Part shown: in pieces, positions 46,806 through 57,378 of the stretch
Numbering within the stretch: position 1 is the first letter of the stretch
Layout: each line of letters opens with the position of its first letter
Assembly: GCA_035651755.1 (NCBI GenBank)
Contig: DASRFA010000056.1
Coordinates: 417,846-481,845 of the forward strand
DNA from: Candidatus Binatia bacterium
GTDB lineage: Bacteria > Desulfobacterota > Binatia > UBA12015
Direction of reading: 5' to 3'
DNA: 64,000 bases
Translations under genes and position numbers: made by a program
Notes under the pieces: model-generated
The model's database searches: none
What the model was told of the DNA's origin: nothing
The model's input: only the letters and a program-made list of their open reading frames with translations

Positions 46806-48013
46806 GCGTCCGGGCGTTCGAAGGGCTCAAGGTTCTCGAGTTCGGCGGCGGCGCGGCCGGCCCGATCGCGATCCGCCACCTCGCCGATCACGGCGCGACC
46901 GTGATCCGCGTCGAGTCGCGGCAGCGCCCCGACTTCCTGCGACTGCTCGCGCAGTCGGCGCGGAACCGCGACCTCGACAACGCGCCCTTCTTCACGATGC
47001 TCAACTGCAACAAGCTCTCGGTCGCGCTCAACCTGAACGACCCGCGGGGCGTCGCGCTCGCGAAGAAGCTCGTCCGCTGGGCGGACGTCGTCGCGGAGAA
47101 CTTCGCCCCGAAGGCGATGCGGAAGTGGGGCCTCGACTACGAGAGCCTGGTCGCGCTCCGGCCGGACCTCGTCATGGTGAGCACCTGCCTCATGGGGCAG
47201 ACGGGACCGCGCAAGGACTACCCCGGCTTCGGCGGGCAGGGTTCGGCGATCTCGGGCTTCAACTTCCTGACCGGCTGGCCGGATCGCGAGGCGACCGGCC
47301 AGCACGGCACGATCACGGACTCGCTCGCGCCGCGCTTCGTTGCTGCCGCCCTCGTCGCGGCCCTCATCCGCCGCCGGAAGACCGGGCGCGGCCTCTACAT
47401 CGACGTCGCCCAGACGGAGACCGCCGCCTACTCGCTCTCCGGCTGGCTCCTCGAGCACCTCGCCAACGGCGACGTCGTCGGCCGCGACGGCAACCGCTCG
47501 CGCTTCGCCGCGCCGCACGGCGCGTTCCCGTGCAAGGGAACCGACCGCTGGTGCACGATCGCCTGCCACTCCGACGACGACTGGCGGCGCCTCGTCGCGG
47601 CGATCGGGCGGCCCGCATGGGCGGCCGAGCGCCGCTTCACGACGCTCGCGGGCCGGAAGGCGAACGAGGCGGACCTGGAGCTCCGCCTCGCCGAGTGGAC
47701 GCGCGAGCGGGAGCCGTGGGACGTCGTCCACGCGCTCCAGGAGGCCGGCATCGACGCCGGCGTCGTCGAGACCGACCGCGACCTGCACGAGGACCCGCAG
47801 CTCGCGCACCGCGGGCACTTCCGCCTGATGCGCCACGCGGTCATCGGCGAGCACCCGGTCGAGGCGCTCGGATACCGGCTGTCCGAGACCCCCGGCGAGA
47901 TCACGCGTCCGGGACCGCGCCTCGGCGAGCACGCCGACCTCGTCTACCGCGAAATCCTCGGCCTCTCCGACGCCGAGATCGCGCACCTCGAGCGCGAGGG
48001 CGTCCTGCAGTAG
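46802..48013 (+). CDS. CoA-transferase family III (CaiB/BaiF-like), second copy
   Basis: ATGA overlaps the upstream stop. The N-terminal motif is VLEFGGGAAGPIAIRHLADHGATVIRVE. Confidence 0.85.
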   Translation: MSVRAFEGLKVLEFGGGAAGPIAIRHLADHGATVIRVESRQRPDFLRLLAQSARNRDLDNAPFFTMLNCNKLSVALNLNDPRGVALAKKLVRWADVVAENFAPKAMRKWGLDYESLVALRPDLVMVSTCLMGQTGPRKDYPGFGGQGSAISGFNFLTGWPDREATGQHGTITDSLAPRFVAAALVAALIRRRKTGRGLYIDVAQTETAAYSLSGWLLEHLANGDVVGRDGNRSRFAAPHGAFPCKGTDRWCTIACHSDDDWRRLVAAIGRPAWAAERRFTTLAGRKANEADLELRLAEWTREREPWDVVHALQEAGIDAGVVETDRDLHEDPQLAHRGHFRLMRHAVIGEHPVEALGYRLSETPGEITRPGPRLGEHADLVYREILGLSDAEIAHLEREGVLQ

Positions 48014-48038
48014 CGGGTCGACTGCGCCCGGCTTCCGA

Positions 48039-49490
48039 CTACAGCCGCGGCAGGAGCAGCAGGCCGCGATCGGCGCGCCGGTTCACCCCGGCGATGACCA
48101 GGACGTCGCCGTTGTCGTTCACGTCGGCGATGTTGATCTCGACGATCGTGCCGGTCGAGACCTTGGTGCCGGTGGTGAGCAGCGTCGAGCCGACGTCGTC
48201 GGTCTGGCGGAAGATCCGGCTCTCGGTCACGTGACGCGTGTTGTCCTCGAGGAAGCCGATCGTGCCGCGGAAGATCACGTCACCGTTGCCGGCGATGCGC
48301 ACCTGCTCGACGTCGAGGATCTTGGTGTCGTTGCCCTGGTCGTCCTGGCCGAACGGCTGGCCCTCGAAGGCGATCTCGCGGGTCGTCCCCGCATCCCAGA
48401 GGCGGAGGCTCTGCGAGCCGGTGGTCTCGCCGGGGTCACCGAACGTGGCCGTCAGGAGGACGCGGCCGCGGTCGTCGATGCCGTTGCCGCGGACCGTGAG
48501 GATGACCTTCGTGCCGGCCGGCACCCCGGTCTCCGCGACGGACGTGACCCCGCCGTTCGCGAGCAGCAGCACGTGCGTCTTGTCGACCTGTCCGTCGCCA
48601 TCCGTGTCGAGGCGCGCGTCCACGACCAGCGCGCCCGACGCGTTGATCGCGCGCGGCGTCGCCGAAAGGACGGTCCCGAGGCCCGGCAGCACCTGACGCC
48701 GGCTCAGCACGCTCTGGTATTGACCGTTCACGACGGTGCCGACGAGCGACCCGCTGCCGCTCGCGGGAAGGCCGAGCACGAGCTGCCCGTTGTCGTGCAT
48801 GATGACGGTGACGGCGCTCGTGGTCTCGCTCGCGAGGTCGTTCGGTACGGAGATCTCCTGGATCGAGTCGGCGGTCCCGCCGACGACGCGCAGCGCGCAG
48901 GTGATCCGCTCGTCGCCGCCCGACGTGTCGACGTTGCACGGGCTCACGCCGTACGAGAACGCGACTTGGCCGCCGTTCGCGATGCGGCGCTCGCCGACGA
49001 CGCGGAAGCCGGGCGGCGTGGAGCCGGGCTCCGTGCGCGCGACGAGGTGCAGCTGGCCACCCGAGTAGAGAAACAGCGCGTCATCGTCGAGCTGGCTCCC
49101 GATCTCGAAGGTCACGTCGCCGCTCTCCGAGATCGCCAGGTTCCGCATCGTCTCCAGCGAGAGTCCGGGAGGGATCGGCGAGCTCGGCGTCAGGATTCCG
49201 GTGATGTTGCCGCCGGGATCGCGCACGTAGGCGGCGTTCTCCGTCGGCGGGCCCGGACGGGACGCGATGAAGGCGACCGTCCGGTCGTTCGCGAGGTTCG
49301 CGGACTCGATCGTGTCGATCTTGAAGCCGTCGGCGAGGGTGTCGCCGTCGCTCAGGAGGACCTGCGTCGTGGAAGGGGCGCTGGGGGTATCGCTGCCCCC
49401 GCCGCAGGCCGCGATCGCGAGAACGCAGGCCGCGATGGCCAGACCCTTTGCCGTCCGAAGAATCGTGTGGTGCAGCACGGAACGAAGCAT
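48039..49490 (-). CDS. lipoprotein, hypothetical (beta-propeller-like repeats)
   Basis: An internal start gives MLRSVLHHTILRTAKGLAIAACVLAIAACGGG, a lipobox. Repeated GGxV..G motifs are present. Confidence 0.5.
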   Translation of the reverse strand: MLRSVLHHTILRTAKGLAIAACVLAIAACGGGSDTPSAPSTTQVLLSDGDTLADGFKIDTIESANLANDRTVAFIASRPGPPTENAAYVRDPGGNITGILTPSSPIPPGLSLETMRNLAISESGDVTFEIGSQLDDDALFLYSGGQLHLVARTEPGSTPPGFRVVGERRIANGGQVAFSYGVSPCNVDTSGGDERITCALRVVGGTADSIQEISVPNDLASETTSAVTVIMHDNGQLVLGLPASGSGSLVGTVVNGQYQSVLSRRQVLPGLGTVLSATPRAINASGALVVDARLDTDGDGQVDKTHVLLLANGGVTSVAETGVPAGTKVILTVRGNGIDDRGRVLLTATFGDPGETTGSQSLRLWDAGTTREIAFEGQPFGQDDQGNDTKILDVEQVRIAGNGDVIFRGTIGFLEDNTRHVTESRIFRQTDDVGSTLLTTGTKVSTGTIVEINIADVNDNGDVLVIAGVNRRADRGLLLLPRL

Positions 49491-49691
49491 AAGAGGAGGC
49501 CCGTCGAGTCGGCAACCGGAAAAGTACACGGCGCCAGACGCGGTGGAGAGCGCCGCAGCGACCGGCACAGCGAGCGCCGCTGCGGCGCCTCGCGCGCTCC
49601 CGCGGCCGCTCCGGGGCGAGCGTCCGCCGGCGATCCCGCGACCGTTCGACGCCGCCGGGCGGCGCGCCGCGGCTCCTTCGCGCCGGCACGG

Positions 49692-50903
49692 TCAGAACGT
49701 GTGGCCGAACGTCAAGTATACGAGCGGCTTGTTCTCCTCGCTGAACGCGACGTCGATGCGTGCCACCTCGCCCGACGAGAACGCGATCCGGACGCCGCCG
49801 CCGTAGTCCCAGCGGTAGCTGTCGAGGAAGTTGTCCTCGAAGTCCTTGGCGTCGAGGAAGACCCGGCCGGCGTCGACGAACCCCACCCCGTCGATGAAGA
49901 CGTGCCACACGTCCATGAACTCGAAGTCGACGAGCTTCAGCCGATACTCGGCGCTTCCGAGGACGCGGCCCTTGCCGAGGAAGCGCTGCGGAAAGTAGCC
50001 TCGCAGCGTGTCCTCGCCGCCGAGGTACGAGAGCTCGTAGAACGGAATGCGGTCGGACGGGCCGAGGAGCGCCTCGCCGCCGAGCCGGACGCCGAGGACC
50101 TGGCGACGCGTCAGGAGCGGGTAGAGGTAGCTCGCGTCGAAGAGGAGCCGCGTGTACTCGAAGTCGCTCCCCAGGCTCGGGACGTAGGCGGTCTTGAAGA
50201 GGAGCACCCAGCCCTGCGTCGGACGCGCGACGCTCCGCCGCGTCGAGAACACCGCCGAGACCGCCATCTCGCTCGTCCAGCCGCCGCGGATGCCCGGCAG
50301 GTCGGGGAAGAGCGTCGTCGTGGAGGGGGTCTTGTGCGACTGGCCGCGGCCGACCTTCGTCCAGCGCGGCGTCAGCGAGCCGGTGATCGCGAGCTGGCCG
50401 TCGAGAAGATGCATGCCGAACGCCGCCGCCCCCGCGATGCGGCGGATGTTCTCGTTCGAGACCGGGTCGGGACCCACGTCGTTGTTGCCTAGCCCGAAGA
50501 ACTCCTTCGAGTCGTCCATGTAGCCGCCGACGTTGACGTAGCTCAGGTACGGCGTGTCGCCGATGTGGGGATCGCCGAGCGTGATCGTCGCTTCCTGCCG
50601 GCGATTGATCGACAGGACGGTATTGACGTCGAAGAAGAAGCCGGTGTCGAAGAGGTCGGTCGTGCGGAACTTGACGCCGCCGTTCAGCTGCGACTCGGGG
50701 TCGTAGCCGATCTGCGGGAAGATCGTCCACGGCGTCTCGGCCTCGAGCCGGTGCTCCTCCTCGACGTCCTGCGCGAGGCCCTCGGCGATCGCGCGCTCGA
50801 TGCGCGTGCTCTCGTCGGCCCGCGCCGGCGCGTTGGCGAAGAGCGCGATCGCGAGCGCTCCGGACGCGAGGCCGCGTAGCGCTCGGCCGGGATGGCCGGC
50901 CAT
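49692..50903 (-). CDS. outer-membrane protein, Omp85/bacterial surface antigen (D15) family beta-barrel
   Basis: The internal ATG at 50901-50903 gives a signal peptide MAGHPGRALRGLASGALAIALFANAPARA. The barrel ends with aromatic ..YLTFGHTF. Confidence 0.65.
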   Translation of the reverse strand: MAGHPGRALRGLASGALAIALFANAPARADESTRIERAIAEGLAQDVEEEHRLEAETPWTIFPQIGYDPESQLNGGVKFRTTDLFDTGFFFDVNTVLSINRRQEATITLGDPHIGDTPYLSYVNVGGYMDDSKEFFGLGNNDVGPDPVSNENIRRIAGAAAFGMHLLDGQLAITGSLTPRWTKVGRGQSHKTPSTTTLFPDLPGIRGGWTSEMAVSAVFSTRRSVARPTQGWVLLFKTAYVPSLGSDFEYTRLLFDASYLYPLLTRRQVLGVRLGGEALLGPSDRIPFYELSYLGGEDTLRGYFPQRFLGKGRVLGSAEYRLKLVDFEFMDVWHVFIDGVGFVDAGRVFLDAKDFEDNFLDSYRWDYGGGVRIAFSSGEVARIDVAFSEENKPLVYLTFGHTF

Positions 50904-50925
50904 GCGCCCTATGGAGCGGCGGCGA

Positions 50926-51264
50926 TCAGTGGCCGGCGCCGTGCGGCTCCCGAGCGAGAAGCTCCGCCACCGGCTCGCGCACCCACTGCCCCGATCTTTC
51001 GATCCGCGCGGCGGCGACGAAGTCGTAGCGGAGCCAGTAGATGATGCGGGCGAGGGGGCGCGCCGGCTCATGCCGGGGTCGATGGTAGACCCACTTCTCG
51101 TTGAACTCGATCCCGTGCTCCTCCTGGATGCGGGCCTCGTTCACCGAGCCGATGGTTTCGTCCGGCGTGCCGAAGAGGCGCACGACGTCGTTCCGCGTCG
51201 GCGTGACGGCCGCGCCGGGTTCCAGGTGCGGTGCCGCCGCCTCGAGGGTCTCCGCGATCGCCAC
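50926..51264 (-). CDS. hypothetical protein
   Basis: The 112-aa ORF sits between the Omp85 gene and nuoF and has modest arginine bias. No family was recognised. Confidence 0.35.
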   Translation of the reverse strand: MAIAETLEAAAPHLEPGAAVTPTRNDVVRLFGTPDETIGSVNEARIQEEHGIEFNEKWVYHRPRHEPARPLARIIYWLRYDFVAAARIERSGQWVREPVAELLAREPHGAGH

Positions 51265-51265
51265 G

Positions 51266-52552
51266 TCAGACCTCGAACGACGTGCCGGCGAGCGGGCAGC
51301 CGCCGTGCTCGACGTGCGCCTCGAACTCCGGCCGGAAGCGGCGCAGGAAGTAGCCCGTGCCCCACGCGGCGGCGTCCGAGAGCGCGCAGATCGTACGCGC
51401 CTCCATGAACTTCCCGACCTCGTCGATGGTGTCGAGGTCGCTCGCGCGCGCGGTTCCGTTCTCGACCTGGACGAGCAGCTTGTGGAGCCACCCCGTGCCC
51501 TCGCGGCACTGCGTGCATTGCCCGCACGACTCGTGGCGGAAGAAGCGCGCGATCACGAGGGCGGCGCGCACCATGCAGGCGGTGTCGTCCATCACGATGA
51601 TCGCGCCCGTCCCGAGGAGGGTGCCGTTCTTCTGCAGGTTGTCGTGGTCCATCGTGACCTGCATCGCGGTCTCGGCGGTCAGGACGGGCATCGACACGCC
51701 GCCCGGGATGACCGCCTTCAGCGTGCGACCCGGGCGGAGCCCGCCCGCGTGCTCGAAGATGATGTCGCGAAGCGGCGTCCCGAGCGGCAGCTCGAACGTC
51801 CCGGGTCGCATCACGTGCCCGCTCACGCCGAAGATCGTCGTGCCGGTGCTCTTCTCGGTGCCGATCGCTTTGAACCAGTCTGCGCCGTTCCGGACGATGT
51901 GCGGCACGTGCGACATGGTCTCGACGTTGTTGATGGTCGTCGGACGCCGCCAGAGGCCGGAGATGGCCGGGAACGGAGGCCGCTTCCGCGGCTGTCCCTT
52001 CCGGCCCTCGAGCGACTCCATGAGGCCGGTCTCCTCGCCGCAGATGTACGCGCCCGCGCCGCGGTGCACGTACACCTCGAAGCCGATGCCCGAGCCGAGG
52101 ACGCTCGGGCCGAGCAAGCCCGCCGCGCGCGCCTCCGCGATCGCCGCGCTCAGGTTCTCGTAGGCGGTACGGTACTCGCCGCGCACGTAGACGTAGGCGG
52201 CGTCGACGTGATTCGCGATCGCCGCGATGAGGAGGCCCTCGATCAGGAGGTGCGGGTTGCGCTCGAGGATCTGCCGATCCTTGAACGTGCCGGGCTCGCT
52301 CTCGTCGGCGTTGCACGCGATGTAGCGCGGCCGGACGTTGTCGGCAGGCATGAACGACCACTTCATGCCGGTCGAGAAGCCCGCGCCGCCCCGACCCCGC
52401 AGGCCCGACGCCTTCACGAGGTTCTGGATCTCCTCGGGTTTCATCTCGCGCAGCGCCTTCTCGGCGGCGGCATAGCCGCCGTGCGCGCGGTAGTCGCGCA
52501 GACCCGACCAGTTCTCGCCGTCGGGCGGGAGCAGGTATCCCTGGAACGCCAC
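51266..52552 (-). CDS. nuoF: NADH-quinone oxidoreductase subunit F (51 kDa; FMN, NADH and 4Fe-4S)
   Basis: GRGGAGFSTGMKW, the Cys cluster ESCGQCTQCREG and a 428-aa length match NuoF. Confidence 0.9.
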   Translation of the reverse strand: MAFQGYLLPPDGENWSGLRDYRAHGGYAAAEKALREMKPEEIQNLVKASGLRGRGGAGFSTGMKWSFMPADNVRPRYIACNADESEPGTFKDRQILERNPHLLIEGLLIAAIANHVDAAYVYVRGEYRTAYENLSAAIAEARAAGLLGPSVLGSGIGFEVYVHRGAGAYICGEETGLMESLEGRKGQPRKRPPFPAISGLWRRPTTINNVETMSHVPHIVRNGADWFKAIGTEKSTGTTIFGVSGHVMRPGTFELPLGTPLRDIIFEHAGGLRPGRTLKAVIPGGVSMPVLTAETAMQVTMDHDNLQKNGTLLGTGAIIVMDDTACMVRAALVIARFFRHESCGQCTQCREGTGWLHKLLVQVENGTARASDLDTIDEVGKFMEARTICALSDAAAWGTGYFLRRFRPEFEAHVEHGGCPLAGTSFEV

Positions 52553-52553
52553 C

Positions 52554-53129
52554 TCAGCTCCCTCCGCCGTTCAGCGGGCGCGCCGCTCCGGGCGCAAGCG
52601 TCCCGCTCGCGCCCGTCTTGCTCGCCGTCTGCGCGGCGTCGGCCGCCGCGGCGCGCGCGCGGAGGCGCGCGATGAGGTCGACCAGCCCGCCCTCCGTCAG
52701 GCACTCCACGTACGGCTCGTTGTTCACCTGCAGCACCGGCGCCGTGCCGCACGACCCGAGGCACTCGGTCTCGCGCAGCGAGAACATGCCGTCCTCGCTG
52801 ACCTCGCCCGCGCAGATGTCGAGCTCGTGCTCGAGCGCGCGCACGAGGCCGCGCGCGCCGGCGAGGCAGCACGGCAGGTTCGTGCACACCTGGAGATGCC
52901 AGCGCCCGACCGGCTCGACGCTGTACATCGGGTAGAACGAGATCACCTCCTCGACCTCGATCACCGGGATCTCCAGGAGCTCCGCGAGGTCGGGGATCGT
53001 GTCGGGCGGAATCCAGCCGCCGCGCTCCGCCTGCACCCAGTGGAGCGCGGTCAGGAGCACCGCGCGCTTCTCCGGGTACTTCGGAAACTCGGCGACGACC
53101 CGCGCTCTGAGCTCGTCCGAAAGAGCCAT
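52554..53129 (-). CDS. nuoE: NADH-quinone oxidoreductase subunit E (24 kDa; 2Fe-2S)
   Basis: The 2Fe-2S motifs CTNLPCC and CLGSCGTAP are present. Confidence 0.9.
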   Translation of the reverse strand: MALSDELRARVVAEFPKYPEKRAVLLTALHWVQAERGGWIPPDTIPDLAELLEIPVIEVEEVISFYPMYSVEPVGRWHLQVCTNLPCCLAGARGLVRALEHELDICAGEVSEDGMFSLRETECLGSCGTAPVLQVNNEPYVECLTEGGLVDLIARLRARAAAADAAQTASKTGASGTLAPGAARPLNGGGS

Positions 53130-53173
53130 CCTTCCCTACCCCGCGATCGCCTGCGCGGACGACGGCCGCGGCA

Positions 53174-54454
53174 TCAGCGGTCGCACTCCCCGCCGATCAT
53201 GTTGATCATGTCGAACGTCGGGATGACGTCGGCCAGGAGCGCCCCCTGGATCATGGGCGACAGCGCCTGCGTGTTCGAGAAGCTCGGGGAGCGCGCGCGG
53301 CACTTGTACGGCTTCCCGGTGCCGTCGCTCACGAGGTAGAAGCCGAGCTCGCCGTTCCCGCCCTCGACCGCGAGGTACACCTCGCCGACCGGCGGCGTCG
53401 GCCCCTCGGTCACGAGCTTGAACTGCGCAATCAGCTCCTCCATCCGGTTGAACACGCGTCCCTTGCCCGCGAGCCGAACCTTCGGGTCGTTCACGTCGAC
53501 CGGACCGGGCGGCATCTGGTCGAGGCACTGCTCCACGATCCGCCGGCTCTGCTTCAGCTCCTCGATCCGGACCAGGAAGCGATCCAGGTTGTCGCCGAGC
53601 TCGCCGACCGGGACGTCGAAGTCGACGCGGTCGTAGACGAGGTAGGGCTGCGCGCGCCGGATGTCGTAAGGCACGCCGGCGGCGCGGAGGAGCGGCCCGG
53701 TCACGCCGAGCGCGACCAGCTGCTCCTTCGAGAGGAGCCCGGTCTTCTCCATCCGCTCGCGGAAGATCGGGTTCGCGAGCAGGAGGTCCTCGAGGTCCTG
53801 CTGGAGCTTTGCCGCCTGCGCGAGCTTGTCGCGCACGAACGCGGGGAACTCGCGCCCGACGTCGACCGAGACGCCGCCGATGCGGACGTAGTTCGTCGTC
53901 ACGCGCGCGCCGCAGAGGTGGTCGTGGATGTCCCAGACGTGCTCGCGCGCCTCGACCGCGTAGAGGAATGCGGTGAACGCGCCGAGCTCGAGCGAGCACG
54001 CGCCGAGGCACGTGTAGTGGTCGGACATGCGCGACACTTCGCTGGCGATGACGCGGAGGTACTTGCAGCGCTCGGGCACGTCGATCGCGAAGAGCTTCTC
54101 GCAGGCGAGCGCGTAGCCGACGTTGTTGATCATCGGCGACACGTAGTTCAGGCGGTCGGTGTACGGGAACGCCTGGTAGTAGAGGCCGCTCTCGCACTCC
54201 TTCTCGAAGCCGCGGTGCAGGTAGCCGACCTCGACCTCCGACTCGACGATGCGCTCGCCGTCGAGCTTCAGGAGGATCCGGACGGTGCCGTGCGTCGCCG
54301 GGTGCGACGGCCCCATCTTGAGCTCCATCGGCTCGAAGGGGAGGTCGAGGGTGTCCTCCGCGGGCTCCGGCGCCCTCGTCTCGGGCGCCACCGACGCCGG
54401 CGCGCCGTGCGTCTCCGTATGGGGATCGTGCTCGGACATCGTTCGCTCGCTCAA
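53174..54454 (-). CDS. nuoD: NADH-quinone oxidoreductase subunit D (49 kDa)
   Basis: GPSHPATHG, RGFEK and the C-terminal ..MIGGECDR are present. Confidence 0.9.
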   Translation of the reverse strand: MSERTMSEHDPHTETHGAPASVAPETRAPEPAEDTLDLPFEPMELKMGPSHPATHGTVRILLKLDGERIVESEVEVGYLHRGFEKECESGLYYQAFPYTDRLNYVSPMINNVGYALACEKLFAIDVPERCKYLRVIASEVSRMSDHYTCLGACSLELGAFTAFLYAVEAREHVWDIHDHLCGARVTTNYVRIGGVSVDVGREFPAFVRDKLAQAAKLQQDLEDLLLANPIFRERMEKTGLLSKEQLVALGVTGPLLRAAGVPYDIRRAQPYLVYDRVDFDVPVGELGDNLDRFLVRIEELKQSRRIVEQCLDQMPPGPVDVNDPKVRLAGKGRVFNRMEELIAQFKLVTEGPTPPVGEVYLAVEGGNGELGFYLVSDGTGKPYKCRARSPSFSNTQALSPMIQGALLADVIPTFDMINMIGGECDR

Positions 54455-54479
54455 CGCCGGCAGGTCGCGACGCGCGCGC

Positions 54480-55061
54480 TCACTTCCGGAGGTCGTCGTT
54501 CATCGGGTCGCGGTGCACGGCGCCCGGGCCGATGATCGGCTGGCGGCGCTCCTTCGGGTAGTCCTTCCGCAGCGGGTGTCCCTCGAACTCCTCGTAGAGG
54601 TAGATGCGCTTCAGGCCGGGGTGCCCGTCGAACCGGATCCCGTAGAGGTCCCAGGTCTCGCGCTCGAGCCAGTTCGCGCCCGGCCAGACGTCGACGACGC
54701 TCGCGACCGACGGGTCGCTCTCCTCGACCGGCACCTTGAGCCGCAGGCGGTGGTTCTTCTCGACCGAGTACAGGTGGTACACGATCTCGAAGCGCGGGCT
54801 CCGGCCGAGGTAGTCGACGGCGGTGACGTCGACGAGGAGGTCGAAGCTCGCGTCGGGGTCGTCGCGCAGGAACCGGCACATCGCGATCAGCGCGCCGCGG
54901 TCGACGATCGCGGTCGCGTCGCCGCGGAAGTCGTCGGTCGCGATGATCGCCGAGCCGAACGCGTCGGCCAGCCGGCGCAGCACCGGGTGACGCGCCGTCG
55001 CGTCGCCGGTTTCGGAGACGCCCGCCGCCTCGCCCGTCGGAGCCGTCGGTGCTTCCGGCAC
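54480..55061 (-). CDS. nuoC: NADH-quinone oxidoreductase subunit C (30 kDa)
   Basis: The NuoC fold motifs [18 protein letters not shown] and [16 protein letters not shown] are present. Confidence 0.85.
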   Translation of the reverse strand: MPEAPTAPTGEAAGVSETGDATARHPVLRRLADAFGSAIIATDDFRGDATAIVDRGALIAMCRFLRDDPDASFDLLVDVTAVDYLGRSPRFEIVYHLYSVEKNHRLRLKVPVEESDPSVASVVDVWPGANWLERETWDLYGIRFDGHPGLKRIYLYEEFEGHPLRKDYPKERRQPIIGPGAVHRDPMNDDLRK

Positions 55062-55070
55062 GCGCCCCTC

Positions 55071-55613
55071 CTAGCGGTCGTAGCTGCGGCGGACGAAGTC
55101 GAGCCGCCGCGCGAGCCGGTCGACGGGGACCAGCAGGTCTTCCTTGTGCCACAGCGTCCCCGCGCGCGAGAACGTCGAGATCTCGATGCGATCGCTCATC
55201 ACGATCGCCTCCTCGGGACACGCTTCCTCGCACAGCCCGCAGTACATGCAGCGCCCCATGTCGATGTCGAAGACCTTGGGGTAGCGCTCGATCGCGTCGG
55301 CGGTCTCGGCCGGGTCGATTTGGATGCAGTCGACCGGGCACGCCCACTCGCAGAGGCCGCAGGCGACGCAGCGCTCCTTGCCGTTCTCCATCTGGACGAG
55401 CACCGGCATGCCGCGGAAGGACGCCGGCTTCACGACGTCCTCCTCGGGGAACATCACGGTGGCGACGGTCGGCTTGCCGCGGATCCAGCCGAAGAGGTTC
55501 CGGAAGAAATGGCGCGACGTGACGGCGAGGCCCTTCGCGATCGCTCGCGCTCCGAGCGGGCCCGCCTGCGCGCGGAGAGCCTGGCGATCGACCTTGACGA
55601 CTCGCGTGGCCAT
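55071..55613 (-). CDS. nuoI: NADH-quinone oxidoreductase subunit I (two 4Fe-4S ferredoxin motifs)
   Basis: CVACGLCEWACP and CMYCGLCEEACP are present. The internal ATG at 55611-55613 (MATRVVKV..) is the start. The upstream 98 aa in the track ORF are arginine-rich junk. Confidence 0.85.
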   Translation of the reverse strand: MATRVVKVDRQALRAQAGPLGARAIAKGLAVTSRHFFRNLFGWIRGKPTVATVMFPEEDVVKPASFRGMPVLVQMENGKERCVACGLCEWACPVDCIQIDPAETADAIERYPKVFDIDMGRCMYCGLCEEACPEEAIVMSDRIEISTFSRAGTLWHKEDLLVPVDRLARRLDFVRRSYDR

Positions 55614-55617
55614 CGCT

Positions 55618-57378
55618 TCAGGCCCCCGCCGGCGGAGAAGGCGGCGCCGGGGCCGGCGGCGCTCCGGGTCCGGCAGTGCTCGGCGTCGCGGGCGAGCTCG
55701 TCGACGCCGAAGGATCGGCGGCCGCGCTCGGGAGGCCGAGGCTCCCGAGGCGCGCGAGCGACATGCCGCGGTACGGCGCAACCGCCGCGGCCATCTCGTC
55801 GAACGCGGCACGCGGATCGAACGCGGCGCCGGCGGCGCCGAGCGCGGCCGCGAGGCGCGCGAACACTTCGCCGTCCGCCACGAGCCCTTCGGGCGGATGC
55901 ACGGCACGGCGAATGCGCTGCACGCGCCCGGCGTCGTTGGTGAAGCTGCCGTCCTTCTCCGCCCAGGTCGCGCCCGGGATCAGGACGGTCGCGAGGCCCG
56001 TGAGCGGGCTCCGCGTCGTGTCGTGCAGGATCAGCGCTTCGAGGCCGGCGACCGCGCTCGTCGCCGCCTCTTCTCCCGCGACCACCGCGAGGTCGTCGCT
56101 GCCGACGACCCAGAGCGCGCGCACCTCGCCGGCGGCGCAGGCTGCGAGGATCGCCGCGACGTCGCGGGCGCTGCTCGCCGGAACGAGGCCGACGTCGCGC
56201 GCGCCGCGCGCGTTCGCGACCTTCTCGGGCTTGATGAGAAAGTCGTCCGACGCGCCGAGCGGCACGGCGAGCGCCACGTTCGGCGTCTTCAGCACGTCGT
56301 GCACGAGGCGCGCGAGCCGGAAGGACTCCTCGTTCGTGAGCCGCGGCGACACGATGACGCCGACGCTCGCGGCGCCGTGCTTCTCGATCGACTGGCGGAG
56401 CGCGACCGCCGCCGCGGCGAGCGCGTCGTCGACCGTCGGGGCCACCGGGCCCGCGCCGTTGCCGCCCGGCGACGCGACCGGAGCCGCGCCTTCCTCCGCG
56501 ATCGGCATGTCGCGCACGAACGGGACCCGGATCCGGCTCTCGTCGTGCACGAACGCGTAGTTCAGGCGGCCGTAGTCGCACATCCAGGTGTCGTTCACGG
56601 CGTCGTTGCGGCGCGGCAGGAGGCGCTGGATCTCGTTCTTGAAGACGCCGATCTTGACGTTGCAGCCGTTCGCGCAGCTCGGGCAGACCGACTCGGTCTC
56701 CTCGAGGAACCAGACGCGGCGCTTGTGGTGGAAGTCGGCGGAGAGGAGCGCGCCGACCGGGCAGATGTCGGCGGTATTGATCGAGTAGTCGTTGTCGAGC
56801 GGCCGGCCGGCGGAGGCGCCGATGCGGGAGCGGTCGCCCATGCCGAACACGCGCAGCTCGTTCGTCTTCGAGATCTCCTTCGTGAAGCGGACGCAGCGCC
56901 GGCACAGGATGCAGCGCTCCTGATCGAAGATCACGCGCGGGCCGATCGGATAGCGCTTGACGCCCTTGCGACGCGGCGACGTCGTGCGCGAATGGCCGCG
57001 GCCGTAGCCGTACGAGTAGTCCTGCAGGTAGCACTCGCCGGCCTGGTCGCAGATCGGGCAGTCGAGCGGGTGGTTGATGAGGAGCAGCTCCATCACTCCT
57101 TCGCGCGCGTGCTTCACCTCGGGCGCGGTGGTGTCGACGATCATGCCGTCGGTCACCGGCGTGTTGCAGGCGATCTGGAGCTTCGGCGCCTTCTCGATCT
57201 TGACCTGGCACATCCGGCAGCTTCCGTCGATCGAAAGCTTCGGATGGTAGCAGTAGTGCGGGATCTCGATGCCGTTGTCGAGCGCGACCTGGAGGAGCGG
57301 CGTCCCGGCCTCTGCGACGATCGCGCGCCCGTCGATGTGTACGGTGACGGGCTTCTTGAAGGCGCTCGCGTCAGTCAT
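55618..57378 (-). CDS. nuoG: NADH-quinone oxidoreductase subunit G (75 kDa-type; 2Fe-2S plus 4Fe-4S N-domain), short form with Pro/Ala-rich C-terminal tail
   Basis: The 2Fe-2S motif is YCYHPKLSIDGSCRMCQV. HPLDCPICDQAGEC and CILCRRCVRF are also present. The protein is 586 aa. Confidence 0.8.
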   Translation of the reverse strand: MTDASAFKKPVTVHIDGRAIVAEAGTPLLQVALDNGIEIPHYCYHPKLSIDGSCRMCQVKIEKAPKLQIACNTPVTDGMIVDTTAPEVKHAREGVMELLLINHPLDCPICDQAGECYLQDYSYGYGRGHSRTTSPRRKGVKRYPIGPRVIFDQERCILCRRCVRFTKEISKTNELRVFGMGDRSRIGASAGRPLDNDYSINTADICPVGALLSADFHHKRRVWFLEETESVCPSCANGCNVKIGVFKNEIQRLLPRRNDAVNDTWMCDYGRLNYAFVHDESRIRVPFVRDMPIAEEGAAPVASPGGNGAGPVAPTVDDALAAAAVALRQSIEKHGAASVGVIVSPRLTNEESFRLARLVHDVLKTPNVALAVPLGASDDFLIKPEKVANARGARDVGLVPASSARDVAAILAACAAGEVRALWVVGSDDLAVVAGEEAATSAVAGLEALILHDTTRSPLTGLATVLIPGATWAEKDGSFTNDAGRVQRIRRAVHPPEGLVADGEVFARLAAALGAAGAAFDPRAAFDEMAAAVAPYRGMSLARLGSLGLPSAAADPSASTSSPATPSTAGPGAPPAPAPPSPPAGA